A DNA stretch of 64,000 bases, from the NCBI RefSeq assembly GCF_009914755.1, contig NC_060948.1, one strand, 5' to 3'. Source of the stretch: the human T2T-CHM13v2.0 reference genome, Homo sapiens. A model generated the notes under the pieces. It was not told the origin of the DNA, ran no database searches, and was given only the letters and a program-made list of their open reading frames with translations. Every line of letters starts with the position of its first letter. Position 1 is the first letter of the stretch. Both the position numbers and the translations under genes were made by a program. Positions 1 through 26,300 of the stretch are shown piece after piece.

Positions 1-520
<520 letters not shown>

Positions 521-685
521 TGACTGTGGGGTGCAAGGACCTGGTGGCCAGGTGGATCCCAGGCATTGCGATGGGCTCCACGGTGAGCTGTGGAAAAGAG
601 CCTGGGTCCTGGATTTTATGTCTGGGAATCTGCTGACCACACTTGCCCAACTGCTTTACTCATAGTGGTAAAAGCAGCTACTTTT

Positions 686-2180
<1,495 letters not shown>

Positions 2181-2449
2181 TTGCAATGACTCCCATTGCC
2201 GATTCAAAGAGCTTTTATGAATGTCTCAATATACTTGCCTAGCCTGTTTTTGGATTCAAACGCAAAGTTTTGTTCACCGTAGGTGGGAGATCAAGTTGGC
2301 AACAATAGTGTTCCAAGGTAATACACCCTGTATCTCAGAGAAATTGAAATATAACCATCTCAGAGGTTTTTTGTTTCTTTGGTTTTTTGAGACTGTCTCA
2401 AAGAAAAAAATTGAAACCCTGCTCCAGGGCTAGGAACCCACAAATTTGA

Positions 2450-3092
<643 letters not shown>

Positions 3093-4096
3093 TCAATGGT
3101 TTGTGAAAATACAGCCGGTGACCATGGACCCCCCTAGGCACAGCCTCAAGCCACCCAGAAGAAGATGGAAAAGGATTTTCTTTTAAATCAGCGAGATTTA
3201 AATAAGCATGGCGAGCACAGCTGGGAGGCCCCGCCAGGAATTCCGAAGGTTGAAAGGGGCCCTGTCCGCTCCCCCATCCTGGAAATAGTGTCCATGGAGC
3301 TGCGGAGTCCGGGTGGGCGCCGGGGACGAGCTTTCAACAGCTCACCCGGCCCCAACATTCCGTCCACACATTCCACGGCCAAGACAGTCGCCCCCTGCCA
3401 GGGATTAACCGAGGGCCACGCTTAGTGGCAGGAATGCACGCGCCCGATTTAGACATCCCGCTTGGCATCGGCGGTCAGGGTGGCTTGCAAAGGCCCGGGG
3501 TGGGTGGATGCCGGAGACGCTGGAGCTCTGAGGTCTACAGGAGGAATTGCTTTTCCGATGGGCTGGTCAGGGAGGAAGGAAGCTGGGGAGAAGCCGGGAG
3601 TCCCAGCCTCCACAATGCCTGCCCTTCCAAGACGAGCCAGGCCCCCCGGACAGGATGGCAGCCCCCCTCCAGGCCAGCATGACTTCAGGCCTGGGGAATG
3701 TGCCACCTTCCGAATTAGAAGGGCACTGGTTCCCACCCGCGGGGAACCGTAACACAGCGTCTCCCTCCTTCCTCCAGGACCCACGGCTGAGCTCGGAGCT
3801 GCCCGAGAGCTCGGGATGTGGGGTGCAGAGCAGAGGAGAAACCTCCCCCGACCCCGGGTCCTTGGGGCATAGGGTCTTTTTCAGGGCCATCTGCGGAAAG
3901 AGGACCTGCGTCTTTACCACCCGGGGGCCCTTGTCTTTGCTGCTCAGCTGTGTTTAGGTCCCCGTTGCTGGGTGATACTGGGGAGACGTAAACAGACCTC
4001 GGTCAGCCGGGGCTGGGGCAGGAGCAGGTGCAGCTGGACTCCAGGGCAGGGGCCGACTGCTGTACACAGTCATGCTGAAAAGCATGTCAAAAATAA

Positions 4097-4752
<656 letters not shown>

Positions 4753-4769
4753 TATTTTATTTTTATTTT

Positions 4770-4855
4770 TTGCAAGGAAGGAATGAAGGGATTTATTGAA
4801 AATGGAAGTACCCTCCACAGCGTGGGAGGAGACCGAGAAGAGGAGCTCAAAGACT
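4770..4855 (-). mobile_element. ERV1 LTR fragment (MER51-like)
   Basis: GGGATTTATTGAAAATGGAAGTACCCTCCACAGCGTGGGAG resembles recalled MER51 LTR sequence. Confidence 0.45.
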
Positions 4856-5299
4856 AAAGGGACGGGCTTTTAAAGACATTTAATTAAAAGGAATTAAATT
4901 TCCCTTATGACATTTAGAAAAAAGTCAAGTCTAAATGGTACAAAACAGTCAGCTTGCTTTGTGCCTTGGCGGCCGCGTATGAAACATCATTAGAATAGAA
5001 CCGGAAGCATCTAGATTTTCACTTTTCACCCTGAAAGATGAAACAGAGATGAAAGCAGTCACCAATTTTCTCTAATTATTTTGCAATTAAGCGTCCGAGC
5101 ACCCCAGGTAGCGTGGACTCCCACAGCTCTTAAACCAAATACCTGACTTTCTGAAATTAATTATAAAAATGGATCAAGGGGTGGTTTTCACGTGGTGGCT
5201 GATGAATGCTTTCTGAGTCTTGTTTTCCTGTTTGTTTACCGTGGCACGTAAGACGTACAGAACATAAAATTCACCGTGTGAGCCATTTTTCGTTTGTTT

Positions 5300-6200
<901 letters not shown>

Positions 6201-6383
6201 CGCCCAAATCCCGCCTTTCATTTACACTGCCCCCACCCCTGCCCACCCCAGGGAAGGTCTTTATTCTTAAATCTGCCTTTCTGACCTCTCTTCCCAAATG
6301 TGTGTATTTCTAACAGATCTCCGAGTCCAGATCACGCACACCGTTTTCCATAATCCAGGGATTTGGAGCCGCCGGAGGGGTGA

Positions 6384-7310
<927 letters not shown>

Positions 7311-7419
7311 TGAGCTGTCCAGGAGGCTGACAGGGAGGACGTCCCTTCGGTATCCCCCTTTTGCCACAGAAGAGCCCGTGTGGACCCCTGAGTCCCGGAC
7401 CACCGGGCAGCCAAGGCCA

Positions 7420-8990
<1,571 letters not shown>

Positions 8991-9856
8991 CACTGCGGTT
9001 CATTCGCCTCTGACAACGGGTCCTCCCGGACGCCGCGTGGCTTGTTCTGAAGCCGGGCCGGAGACACCGTCTGGACCCCACGCTGCTCCCCAGGGCCGCC
9101 TCCAAGAGGATGCCCCACCGCAGGGAGCCGTGCAAACACCATAAATCCTGCTAATTGCCACCTTCCCGGCAGCCAGCATCCGTGGTCTCTCTATAGTGGC
9201 CTCACGGTCTCCAGCCAGGAGCTCGATCTTTGCTTCTGCACAAACATTACCGAGAAACGTCTGCAAACCCCGGGCGCCCGGCTCCCACATCACAGGCGCT
9301 GCGCCTCAGAACACAACTTGTTTCTGCCGATCCACCCCCCACCGCCGCCTCCCCGGGCACCTCGCCACGCAGGACGCTCCGGGCTTCCCGTAAGAACACC
9401 CGTGTCTGTGACCTGCGGGTGGGGTCACCTCCCCGGCCTGCATGCCAGGTGAGGCGGGGGGGGCTCACCTGGGGCTCTCACCTGCCCGAGGGGGTCCTGC
9501 CCACGGCTCTGCGACAGAATAGAATGATCAGGGCGATGCGTGGCAGTGCCCTCTCCCTGCCCCAGCCCGAGGGCACCTGTTCCCCTCCTATCTCAGCCAC
9601 TCTGCCCACGTCTGTCCCCACAAAACGCGGTCGGTGCAGCCCTGGGGCCCGGTCACCGTACCGCATCCTCCTGACAAAGACAGAAAGAAACCGGCTCTTT
9701 GATTCTAACATTAAAAAAAAAAGGGCTGCCTTCTGCTTGCAAAAGAAATGCACGCAGGCTGCTGGCAGAAAGTTCTGGAAGATGATAAAGGAAAAAAATA
9801 AATTAATTCGAGAAAACTTTGAGACGCCTAACAGCACAAATACCCTCAGTCTTTAG

Positions 9857-11656
<1,800 letters not shown>

Positions 11657-12479
11657 CAACTGTTTTCATGCTGCAGACAGCACACAGGCCAGGACGTCAG
11701 GGTCTCGTGAGGGGCCGTCGGAGAACGTCTAAGGGACGTCCCTGCATTCCTGGCTGGAGGTCCTGCGCCAGCGCCCTCCTTGTGAGAAAACTTTCGCTCT
11801 GCAAACTCTCAGAGCCCCCACCTGCTCCCGCCTCCCGTCTGTCCTGGTTCTTGGGACCCCGGAGCCTTCTCTCTCCAGACCTCCCAGGTCCTGACGGGAA
11901 TCCGGATAAACTCCTTGGGGCGAAGGTGTTAACGGCAGGGCCCCTGTCTAATGTATTTCGCCACCCAGATAAAATGAGTGTTTTCACAGCTGCCGTTAAT
12001 TTCTTACCCTGAGGAAGAAAGGAAGGACTTTGAGGCACCTGCGGCCGGGTTGGGGTGGGGCAGGGGGATTTCTGGACGCGGACGGCGTGTGGGGAGTTCC
12101 TGGGGTCCCCAGAGCCACACCACGTAGGTGGCAGCCGGCTCCGTCCTGCAAAGCCCCGGCTTCGGTGAAAGATTTATCACCTGCTCGGCCTCGGAGACGG
12201 GGAAGAAAAACACAGCCTGGAAGTGGTCCTGGCTGATGGACGGGCCCCTGGGGAGCTGTCCCCAAATGCGCGTCTTCTTTCTCCTTTCTGTCACAGCCTC
12301 CCGGCCCTGCCCTGGCTGAGTGGGGCTTTCAGTGAACGCTTGTTGAGTGTCCACGGAGCTGTGAGTGCTGTTCCGGGTGCTGGGTACGTGGTGGGGTGTG
12401 TGAGGTTCCCTCCTCTCTAGTGCAGAGATCAGGAGTGAGTAGACAAAGAAAATAGCATCTAACTGCTGCTTGTGATGAG

Positions 12480-13685
<1,206 letters not shown>

Positions 13686-13770
13686 CTTCAGCATTTTTAA
13701 AATATCATTACCCCTTCAAAGACACCTCCAGGAGCAGCCAAAGTTGGTACCCTTGTTATTCCCCATCTCA

Positions 13771-14901
<1,131 letters not shown>

Positions 14902-15450
14902 TTAGGTGACCGCTGGGGACGGTACTGAGGGTTCCAGGCAGAGGAAAGCCACATCTGCATGCAGAGAAAACTCCAGTGGGGACAGAGGGGGTGCATCGTG
15001 TTTAGAAGCCACGTGGGGGGCGGGGGGGCAGGTGTGTCTCATCGCACACGTGTGAACGGAGTGCCGGGGGCCCCTCTTCTCCTGAGCCCCCAAAGGCACG
15101 AGCCGGTGGGTCTCGGGAGTTGTGGGGCGATTCCTGGAGGTGGCTCTGTGCAAAGTGTTGTCATATCAGCCAGGAAAACACCCCCTTGCCACAGCCTCAA
15201 GTCAACCCAATCTCGTCTGAAAGGTTTGGATGGAGGTGGGGGGGTCCCTGGCTTCCGTCGCTGGAGCGGTGGCCGCAGGGCTGGTCTTCACTGTCATCGT
15301 GATGTCACCATCGTCCTCACGTTGGGTGTCTCCCTGGATTCTCGGCTCTCCAGGGAGGCGGCGACGGCCCATCCCACCAGCTGCCCACGGAGGCGGGGTC
15401 CCCGGGATGCAGGCTTGACCTCAGAGGAAAACCCACCTGAGCCATTCTAG

Positions 15451-16296
15451 GGGGAGGGGACACCAGGACCCCCCAAAGGCCTGGTCGGCTGAGGTCATGG
15501 TTCATCCCGGGGTTGGGGGAGGGGACACCAGGACCCCCCAGAGGCCTGGTCGGCTGAGGTCATGGTTCATCCCGCGGTTGGGGGAGGGGACACCAGGACC
15601 CCCCAAAGGCCTGGTCGGCTGAGGTCATGGTTCATCCCGGGGTTGGGGGAGGGGACACCAGGACCCCCCAGAGGCCTGGTCGGCTGAGGTCATGGTTCAT
15701 CCCGCGGTTGGGGGAGGGGACACCAGGACCCCCCAAAGGCCTGGTCGGCTGAGGTCATGGTTCATCCCGGGGTTGGGGGAGGGGACACCAGGACCCCCCA
15801 AAGGCCTGGTCGGCTGAGGTCATGGTTCATCCCGGGGTTGGGGGAGGGGACACCAGGACCCCCCAAAGGCCTGGTCGGCTGAGGTCATGGTTCATCCCGG
15901 GGTTGGGGGAGGGGACACCAGGACCCCCCAAAGGCCTGGTCGGCTGAGGTCATGGTTCATCCCGGGGTTGGGGGAGGGGACACCAGGACCCCCCAGAGGC
16001 CTGGTCGGCTGAGGTCATGGTTCATCCCGCGGTTGGGGGAGGGGACACCAGGACCCCCCAAAGGCCTGGTCGGCTGAGGTCATGGTTCATCCCGGGGTTG
16101 GGGGAGGGGACACCAGGACCCCCCAGAGGCCTGGTCGGCTGAGGTCATGGTTCATCCCGCGGTTGGGGGAGGGGACACCAGGACCCCCCAAAGGCCTGGT
16201 CGGCTGAGGTCATGGTTCATCCCGGGGTTGGGGGAGGGGACACCAGGACCCCCCAAAGGCCTGGTCGGCTGAGGTCATGGTTCATCCCGGGGTTGG
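15451..16296 (+). repeat. GC-rich minisatellite, 65 bp x 13
   Basis: Unit GGGGAGGGGACACCAGGACCCCCCA(A/G)AGGCCTGGTCGGCTGAGGTCATGGTTCATCCCG(G/C)GGTTG; period 65 read directly. Confidence 0.97.
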
Positions 16297-16444
16297 AGCA
16301 GAACGGGCCGTGGAGGATGGGCTCAGGGAGTGTTTGTTCATGGCGTGAATTCACACGGAATCTTCCTGCCTCCCTCCTTCCTTCCTTCTTTCCTCCCTCC
16401 CTCCGTCCTTTCCTTCCCTCCTTCCTTCCAATTTCCTCCCTCTC

Positions 16445-16782
16445 TCCCTCCCTGCCTTTCTTTGTGGACAGCCTGGCATCTGCACCGTGTCCTGGCTGAG
16501 CCTCCTACCAGCTCTGTGGCCTCGGTGGGGGGGGGGGTGCGTGTCTCACCATCTTTGCACCTCAGCTTCCCCATCTGTGACGCAGGGACGGCAACAGGCA
16601 CCCCTCGAGGTCACCCCTCCAGCATTTGTTTACAGCCGTCTCACATGAACTTAGATCCATGGAAGAGCGTCACCCTGACTCGTCGACCTGCAAAAACAGC
16701 CCAGGACAGAGAGGGGGGCCCTTGGGATGGTGGCGGCCGGGACCCGAGGCTGTTGTCCGGTCGTAGAGCCTTAGAGGCTGTT
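16445..16782 (+). repeat. ~335 bp dispersed direct repeat, copy 1 (contains a MIR-core-like segment)
   Basis: Near-identical to 20315-20652; CCTCAGCTTCCCCATCTGTGA resembles the MIR core. Confidence 0.9.
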
Positions 16783-16854
16783 GGCGGTGTAGACGCGGGT
16801 CCCAGGCTGCAAGCTGCCTCTCTCCTCTGCCTCAGGCTCTTCTTTTCTATTTAT

Positions 16855-17135
16855 TTATTTTTAAGACAGGGTCTCGCTCTGTCACCCAGGCTGGAGTGCA
16901 GTGGTGCCATCTCGGCTCACAGCAGCCTCCAACTCCTGGGCTCAAGCCGTCCTCCCGCCTCAGCCTCCCGAGCAGCGGAGACCACAGGCATGTGCCCGGC
17001 TAATTTTCTAATGTTTTGTAGAGATGACGTCTTTGCTATGTTGCCCAGGCTGGTGTTGAACTCCTGGGCTCAAGGCCTCCTCTCGCTCTGGTCTCCCAAA
17101 GTGCTGGGATTAGAGGTGTGAGCCACCGCGTCTGG
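16855..17135 (-). mobile_element. AluJ-like
   Basis: Antisense Alu consensus. Confidence 0.85.
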
Positions 17136-17194
17136 CCAAGACGTCTTTTGGGGGGGGACATAATTCTCAACCAAATTGCCTCTGTCTCTTCTTC

Positions 17195-17211
17195 TCACTC
17201 TCTCTCTCTCT

Positions 17212-17247
<36 letters not shown>

Positions 17248-18048
17248 CTTGTATGTATATACGCATTTATACAGGTGTGGAGGTGTTTGTGTATATATAG
17301 ATATATATGATATATACGTATATTTAAACCATTAGAACATGATTTCCATTGCTAATATTTCAGTGAATATCTCTTTTCTAGCTCTAACTCCACACACACA
17401 CACAGACACACAGACACACCCCTTGTATGTATATATGCATTTATACAGGTGTGGAGGTATTTGTGCATACAGAGATATATATGATAAATAGGTATATTTA
17501 AACCATTAAAAGATGATTTTCATGGCTGACATTTCAGTAAATATTTCTCCTCTCTCCCTCTGTCCACACACACACAGCTTGTATGTATATACGCATTTAT
17601 ACAGGTGTAGAGGTATTTGTGCATATAAAGATGTATATGAGATATATGTCTGTTTAAACCATTAGAAGATGATTTTGATGGCTGATATTTCAGTGAGTAA
17701 CTCTCCTGTCTTTCTCTCTCTCTCTCTCTACACACACACACGGCTTGTATGTATATATGCATTTATACAGGTGTGGAGGTGTTTGTGCATATATAGATAT
17801 ATATGATATATACGTATATTTAAGCCATTAGAACATGATTTCCATTGCTAATATTTCAGTGAATATCTCTTTTCTAGCTCTAACTCCACACACACACGCA
17901 GACACACAGACACACCCCTTGTATGTATATATGCATTTATACAGGTGTGGAGGTATTTGTGCATATAGAGATATATATGATCTAGATGTATATTTAACCC
18001 ATTAGAAAATGATTTTCATGCTGATAGTACTTCAGTGAATATCTCTTA
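17195..18048 (+). repeat. AT-rich tandem repeat, ~155-175 bp x 5, each unit containing a (CA)n or (CT)n(CA)n microsatellite
   Basis: CTTGTATGTATATA(C/T)GCATTTATACAGGTGT at about 17248, 17422, 17578, 17744 and 17918. Confidence 0.92.
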
Positions 18049-18275
18049 AAAATATTGATCGCACACGTCCCTCATGAAAAGCAATGGTTCCCTAAACACA
18101 GACTGTCTGGTCCATCTCGGAGTTTCCACAGTCGTGACTCACATGCAAGCAATGTACAACTATGGCAGGGCTGGGCTCCTTCCCTCCCAGACAGGCTCAA
18201 GGTTATGCTCCCTGTGCCGGGATCAGAATCTGGAATCAGGACGGCCACTCCAGTGACATGAAAGGCACACGGGTG

Positions 18276-19117
18276 ACAGGACGGACACCCCAGAGACAGG
18301 ACGGACGCCCCAGAGACAGGACGGACGCCCCCAGAGACAGGACGGACGCCCCCAGAGACAGGACGGACGCCCCAGAGACAGGACGGACACCCCAGAGACA
18401 GGACGGACGCCCCAGAGACAGGACGGATGCCCCAGAGACAGCACGGAGACCCCAGAGACAGCACGGAGATCCCAGAGACAGCACGGACACCCCCAGAGAC
18501 AGGACGGACACCCCAGAGACAGGACGGACGCCCCAGAGACAGGACGGACGCCCCAGAGACAGCACGGATGCCCCAAAGACAGCACGGAGATCCCAGAGAC
18601 AGCACGGAGACCCCAGAGACAGCACGGACACCCCCAGAGACAGGACGGACACCCCAGAGACAGGACGGACGCCCCAGAGACAGGACGGACACCCCAGAGA
18701 CAGGACTGATGCCGCAGAGACAGGACGGATGCCCCCAGAGACAGCACGGAGACCCCAGAGACAGGACGGACGCCCCAGAGACAGGACGGAGACCCCAGAG
18801 ACAGGACGGACACCCCAGAGACAGGACGGAGACCCCAGAGACAGCACGGACGCCCCAGAGACAGGACGGAGGCCCCAGAGACAGCACGGACGCCCCAGAG
18901 ACAGGACGGACGCCCCAGAGACAGGACGGACACCCCAGAGACAGCATGGACGCCCCAGAGACAGGACGGACGCCCCAGAGACAGCACGGACACCCCAGAG
19001 ACAGCACGGACGCCCCAGAGACAGCACGGACGCCCCAGAGACAGGACGGGCGCCCCAGAGACAGCACGGACGCCCCAGAGACAGCACGGACGCCCCAGAG
19101 ACAGGACGGACGCCCCG
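18276..19117 (+). repeat. CpG-rich minisatellite, 20-21 bp x ~42
   Basis: Unit (GGACGGA/GCACGGA)CGCCCCAGAGACA with variants. Confidence 0.97.
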
Positions 19118-19774
19118 GCCCCGCGTTTTCCATGACATATTTTCTCTTCGGCCACAGGATGGCAGTGCCAGCTACGGAAACGGTGGACCGTTGTCGGACC
19201 CTTTGCTGAGTTTTGAAACACGTCACTGCCTTCAGCCTTGTGGGTCCCCGGGCTGCGAACCCCGGGACCGCCTTCCCGCCTCGTGGGCCGGGGCTCAGGT
19301 CTTTACATTCATCCCAAACCGGGTTCAAGCCCCATCCCTCCCCCGGCTGCCAACCCCGTGCCGTTCAGGCCCCGTAACCGGCTACTTCGGAACCGACGTC
19401 GTGAAACCTTTGCTCGACTGTGTTTCTGACGCTCCCGTCACAGAACAGAAGCTGTCGGGAGTGAGCAATGGTCTAGCCCAGGAGAGGAAAATCAGCCGCG
19501 TTTCACTTTGCACCGTCATCTCCTCAGCCGCCCCGTTCCCTCCCACACTTGCAAGATTCCGAGGGAGGAAGCCGCTTCTCGGACCCGGGTCCCAAGCTGT
19601 GCAGAAAAGGCCAAGGACACATTTCCGTGTCTGTAGACGCAGCAGGCGGCCGCCAGGGCCTCTTGGGCAAAAGACTCCCATTCCCGGCTTTGCCTGCAGA
19701 CACCCCTCCTCACACGGGCTCTGGAGGTCTGTTGGGGTTTTCCTCAAAAAGTTTATTTTTTTTGTGGTTTGCTT

Positions 19775-22384
<2,610 letters not shown>

Positions 22385-22549
22385 TCAAGAAAAGCCTCGT
22401 GTTAAACACGCGTGTGTCTCCTCGCCTGCCGGTTTAATGCCCAGTCGTGGGGTCCTGGGTTGTGGCCACGAAGTCCTATTCCTCTGTCGCCAGGGTGAGA
22501 AGGTGGCTGTCGGCAGGGATTTTGGGATCAGGCAGGTGACTTCTCACGA

Positions 22550-22640
22550 AGGCTGGTTTCTCAGCCTCACATCTGCCGACATCGGGGGCTGGAGGATTCT
22601 CCGTCGTGGGGCGTCCTGTGCCCTGTGGGGTGTCGGGGAC
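22550..22640 (-). mobile_element. MER20 (hAT-Charlie) 3' fragment
   Basis: GGTTTCTCAGCCTCACATCTGCCGACATCGGGGGCTGGAGGATTCTCCGTCGTGGGGCGTCCTGTGCCCTGTGGGGTGT matches the reverse complement of the MER20 3' half. Confidence 0.7.
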
Positions 22641-22687
22641 ATGTTCTCACTCGGAGGACACATTGATTCAAACCATAGGATACACAG

Positions 22688-23335
22688 TTGATTCATACAT
22701 GTATGATTGATAGGTGATTGGTTGACAGATAGTTGATGGATAGATATTGATATAGATGCATGATTAATAGGTGATTGACAGATGATAGACATTAATATAA
22801 ATGTATGATTGATAGATTGGTTGACAGATGATAGATAATTGATATAGGTGCATGATTAATAGGTGATTGACAGATAATTGATAGGCATTAATATAAATGT
22901 ATGATTGATAGATGATTGGTTGACAGATAATTGATATAGACACATGATTAATAGGTGATTGACAGATAATTGATAGACATTAATAGAAATGTATGATTGA
23001 TGATTGGTTGACAGATGATTGATAATTGATATAGATGCATGATTAATAGATGGTTGATAATTGACAGATAATTGGTATAGATGCATGATTGATAGATGAC
23101 TTATTGACAGACAATTGATACATAAGCGATACAGATGCATGATTGATAGGGAATTGATTGACAGATGATTGATAATTTATATAGATGTATGACTGATCAG
23201 TGATTGGTTGATAGGTAATTGATATAGATGCATGATTGACAGATGATTGGTTGTCAGATAATTGACTGATAGTAATGGATAGCTGATTAATAGATAGATA
23301 ATTGATTAATCAATAATTGATAGATGATAGATAAA
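22688..23335 (+). repeat. Degenerate (GATA/GATT)n array
   Basis: Repeating TTGACAGATAATTGATATAGATGCATGATT-type units. Confidence 0.95.
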
Positions 23336-23353
23336 GAATCTCTCATGCCCAGG

Positions 23354-26300
23354 CAGCTTTCTCAGCTCTGGCACTGCTGATGTTTGGGACTGGAGGACTC
23401 TCTGTCTTGGGGCCACCCTGGGTGCTGCAGGGTACTAAGTCTCTTGATGAGGCCGTCCTGGGCTCTGTAGGGTGTTGAGTCTGAGTCTCTGTGATGAGGC
23501 CGTCCTGGGTACTGTAGGGTGCTGAGTCTCTGTGGTGAGGCCGTCCTGGGCACTGTAGGGTGTTGAGTCTGAGTCTCTGTGATGAGGCCGTCCTGGGCCC
23601 TGTAGGGTGCTGAGTCTCTGTGATGAGGCCGTCCTGCACACTGTAGGGTGTTGAGTCTGAGTCTCTGTGATGAGGCCGTCCTGGGCCCTGTAGGGTGCTG
23701 AGTCTCTGTGATGAGGCCGTCCTGCACACTGTAGGGTGTTGAGTCTGAGTCTCTGTGATGAGGCCGTCCTGGGCCCTGTAGGGTGTTAAGTCTCTGTGAT
23801 GAGGCCGTCCTGGGCACTGTAGGGTGTTGAGTCTGAGTCTCTGTGATGAGGCCATCCTGGGTACTGTAGGGTGCTGAGTCTCTGTGATGAGGCCGTCCTG
23901 GGCACTGTAGGGTGTTGAGTCTGAGTCTCTGTGATGAGGCCGTCCTGGGCCCTGTAGGGTGTTGAGTCTCTGTGATGAGGCCGTCCTGGACACTGTAGGG
24001 TGCTGAGTCTGAGTCTCTGTGATGAGGCCGTCCTGGGTACTGTAGGGTGCTGAGTCTCTGTGATGAGGCCGTCCTGGGCACTGTAGGGTGTTGAGTCTGA
24101 GTCTCTGTGATGAGGCCGTCCTGGACACCGTAGGGTGTTGAGTCTCTGTGATGAGGCCGTCCTGGGAGCTGTAGGGTGTTGAGTCTGAGTCTCTGTGATG
24201 AGGCCGTCCTGGGAGCTGTAGGGTGCTGAGTCTGAGTCTCTGTGATGAGGCCGTCCTGGGCCCTGTAGGGTGTTAAGTCTCTGTGATGAGGCCGTCCTGG
24301 GAGCTATAGGGTGTTGAGTCTGAGTCTCTGTGATGAGGCCGTCCTGGGAGCTGTAGGGTGTTGAGTCTGAGTCTCTGTGATGAGGCCGTCCTGGGAGCTG
24401 TAGGGTGCTGAGTCTGAGTCTCTGTGATGAGGCCGTCCTGGGCCCTGTAGGGTGTTAAGTCTCTGTGATGAGGCCGTCCTGGGAGCTATAGGGTGTTGAG
24501 TCTGAGTCTCTGTGATGAGGCCGTCCTGGACACCATAGGGTGATGAGTCTCTGTGATGAGGCCGTCCTGGGAGCTGTAGGGTGTTGACTCTGTGGTGGGG
24601 CCGTCCTGGGCGCTGTAGGGTGCTGAGTCTCTGTGATGAGGCCGTCCTGGGAGCTGTAGGGTGTTGACTCTGTGGTGGGGCCGTCCTGGGCGCTGTAGGG
24701 TGCTGAGTCTCTGTGATGAGGCCGTCCTGGGCGCAGTAGGGTGTTGAGTCTCTGTGATGAGGCCGTCCTGGGAGCTGTAGGGTGTTGACTCTGTGGTGGG
24801 GCCGTCCTGGGCGCTGTAGGGTGCTGAGTCTCTGTGATGAGGCCGTCCTGGGCGCTGTAGGGTGTTGAGTCTCTGTGATGAGGCCGTCCTGGGAGCTGTA
24901 GGGTGTTGACTCTGTGGTGGGGCCGTCCTGGGCGCTGTAGGGTGCTGAGTCTCTGTGATGAGGCCGTCCTGGGAGCTGTAGGGTGTTGACTCTGTGGTGG
25001 GGCCGTCCTGGGCGCTGTAGGGTGCTGAGTCTCTGTGATGAGGCCGTCCTGGGCACTGTAGGGTGTTGAGTCTCTGTGATGAGGCCGTCCTGGGAGCTGT
25101 AGGGTGTTGACTCTGTGGTGGGGCCGTCCTGGGCGCTGTAGGGTGCTGAGTCTCTGTGATGAGGCCGTCCTGGGAGCTGTAGGGTGTTGACTCTGTGGTG
25201 GGGCCGTCCTGGGCGCTGTAGGGTGCTGAGTCTCTGTGATGAGGCCGTCCTGGGAGCTGTAGGGTGTTGACTCTGTGGTGGGGCTGTCCTGGGCGCTGTA
25301 GGGTGCTGAGTCTCTGTGATGAGGCCGTCCTGGGAGCTGTAGGGTGTTGACTCTGTGGTGGGGCCGTCCTGGGCGCTGTAGGGTGCTGAGTCTCTGTGAT
25401 GAGGCCGTCCTGGGAGCTGTAGGGTGTTGACTCTGTGGTGGGGCCGTCCTGGGCGCTGTAGGGTGCTGAGTCTCTGTGATGAGGCCGTCCTGGGCGCTGT
25501 AGGGTGTTGAGTCTCTGTGATGAGGCCGTCCTGGGAGCTGTAGGGTGTTGACTCTGTGGTGGGGCCGTCCTGGGCGCTGTAGGGTGCTGAGTCTCTGTGA
25601 TGAGGCCGTCCTGGGAGCTGTAGGGTGTTGACTCTGTGGTGGGGCCATCCTGGACACTGTAGGGTGCTGAGTCTCTGTGATGAGGCCGTCCTGGGCGCTG
25701 TAGGGTGTTGAGTCTCTGTGATGAGGCCGTCCTGGGAGCTGTAGGGTGTTGACTCTGTGGTGGGGCCGTCCTGGGCGCTGTAGGGTGCTGAGTCTCTGTG
25801 ATGAGGCCGTCCTGGGAGCTGTAGGGTGTTGACTCTGTGGTGGGGCCGTCCTGGGCGCTGTAGGGTGCTGAGTCTCTGTGATGAGGCCGTCCTGGGAGCT
25901 GTAGGGTGTTGACTCTGTGGTGGGGCCGTCCTGGGCGCTGTAGGGTGCTGAGTCTCTGTGATGAGGCCGTCCTGGGCACCGTAGGGTGTTGAGTCTCTGT
26001 GATGAGGCCGTCCTGGGAGCTGTAGGGTGTTGAGTCTGAGTCTCTGTGATGAGGCCGTCCTGGACACCGTAGGGTGCTGAGTCTCTGTGATGAGACCGTC
26101 CTGGGCGCTGTAGGGTGTTGAGTCTCTGTGATGAGGCCGTCCTGGGCGCTGTAGGGTGTTGAGTCTCTGTGATGAGGCCGTCCTGCACACTGTAGGGTGC
26201 TGAGTCTGAGTCTCTGTGATGAGGCCGTCCTGGGCGCTGTAGGGTGTTGAGTCTCTGTGATGAGGCCGTCCTGCACACTGTAGGGTGCTGAGTCTCTGTG

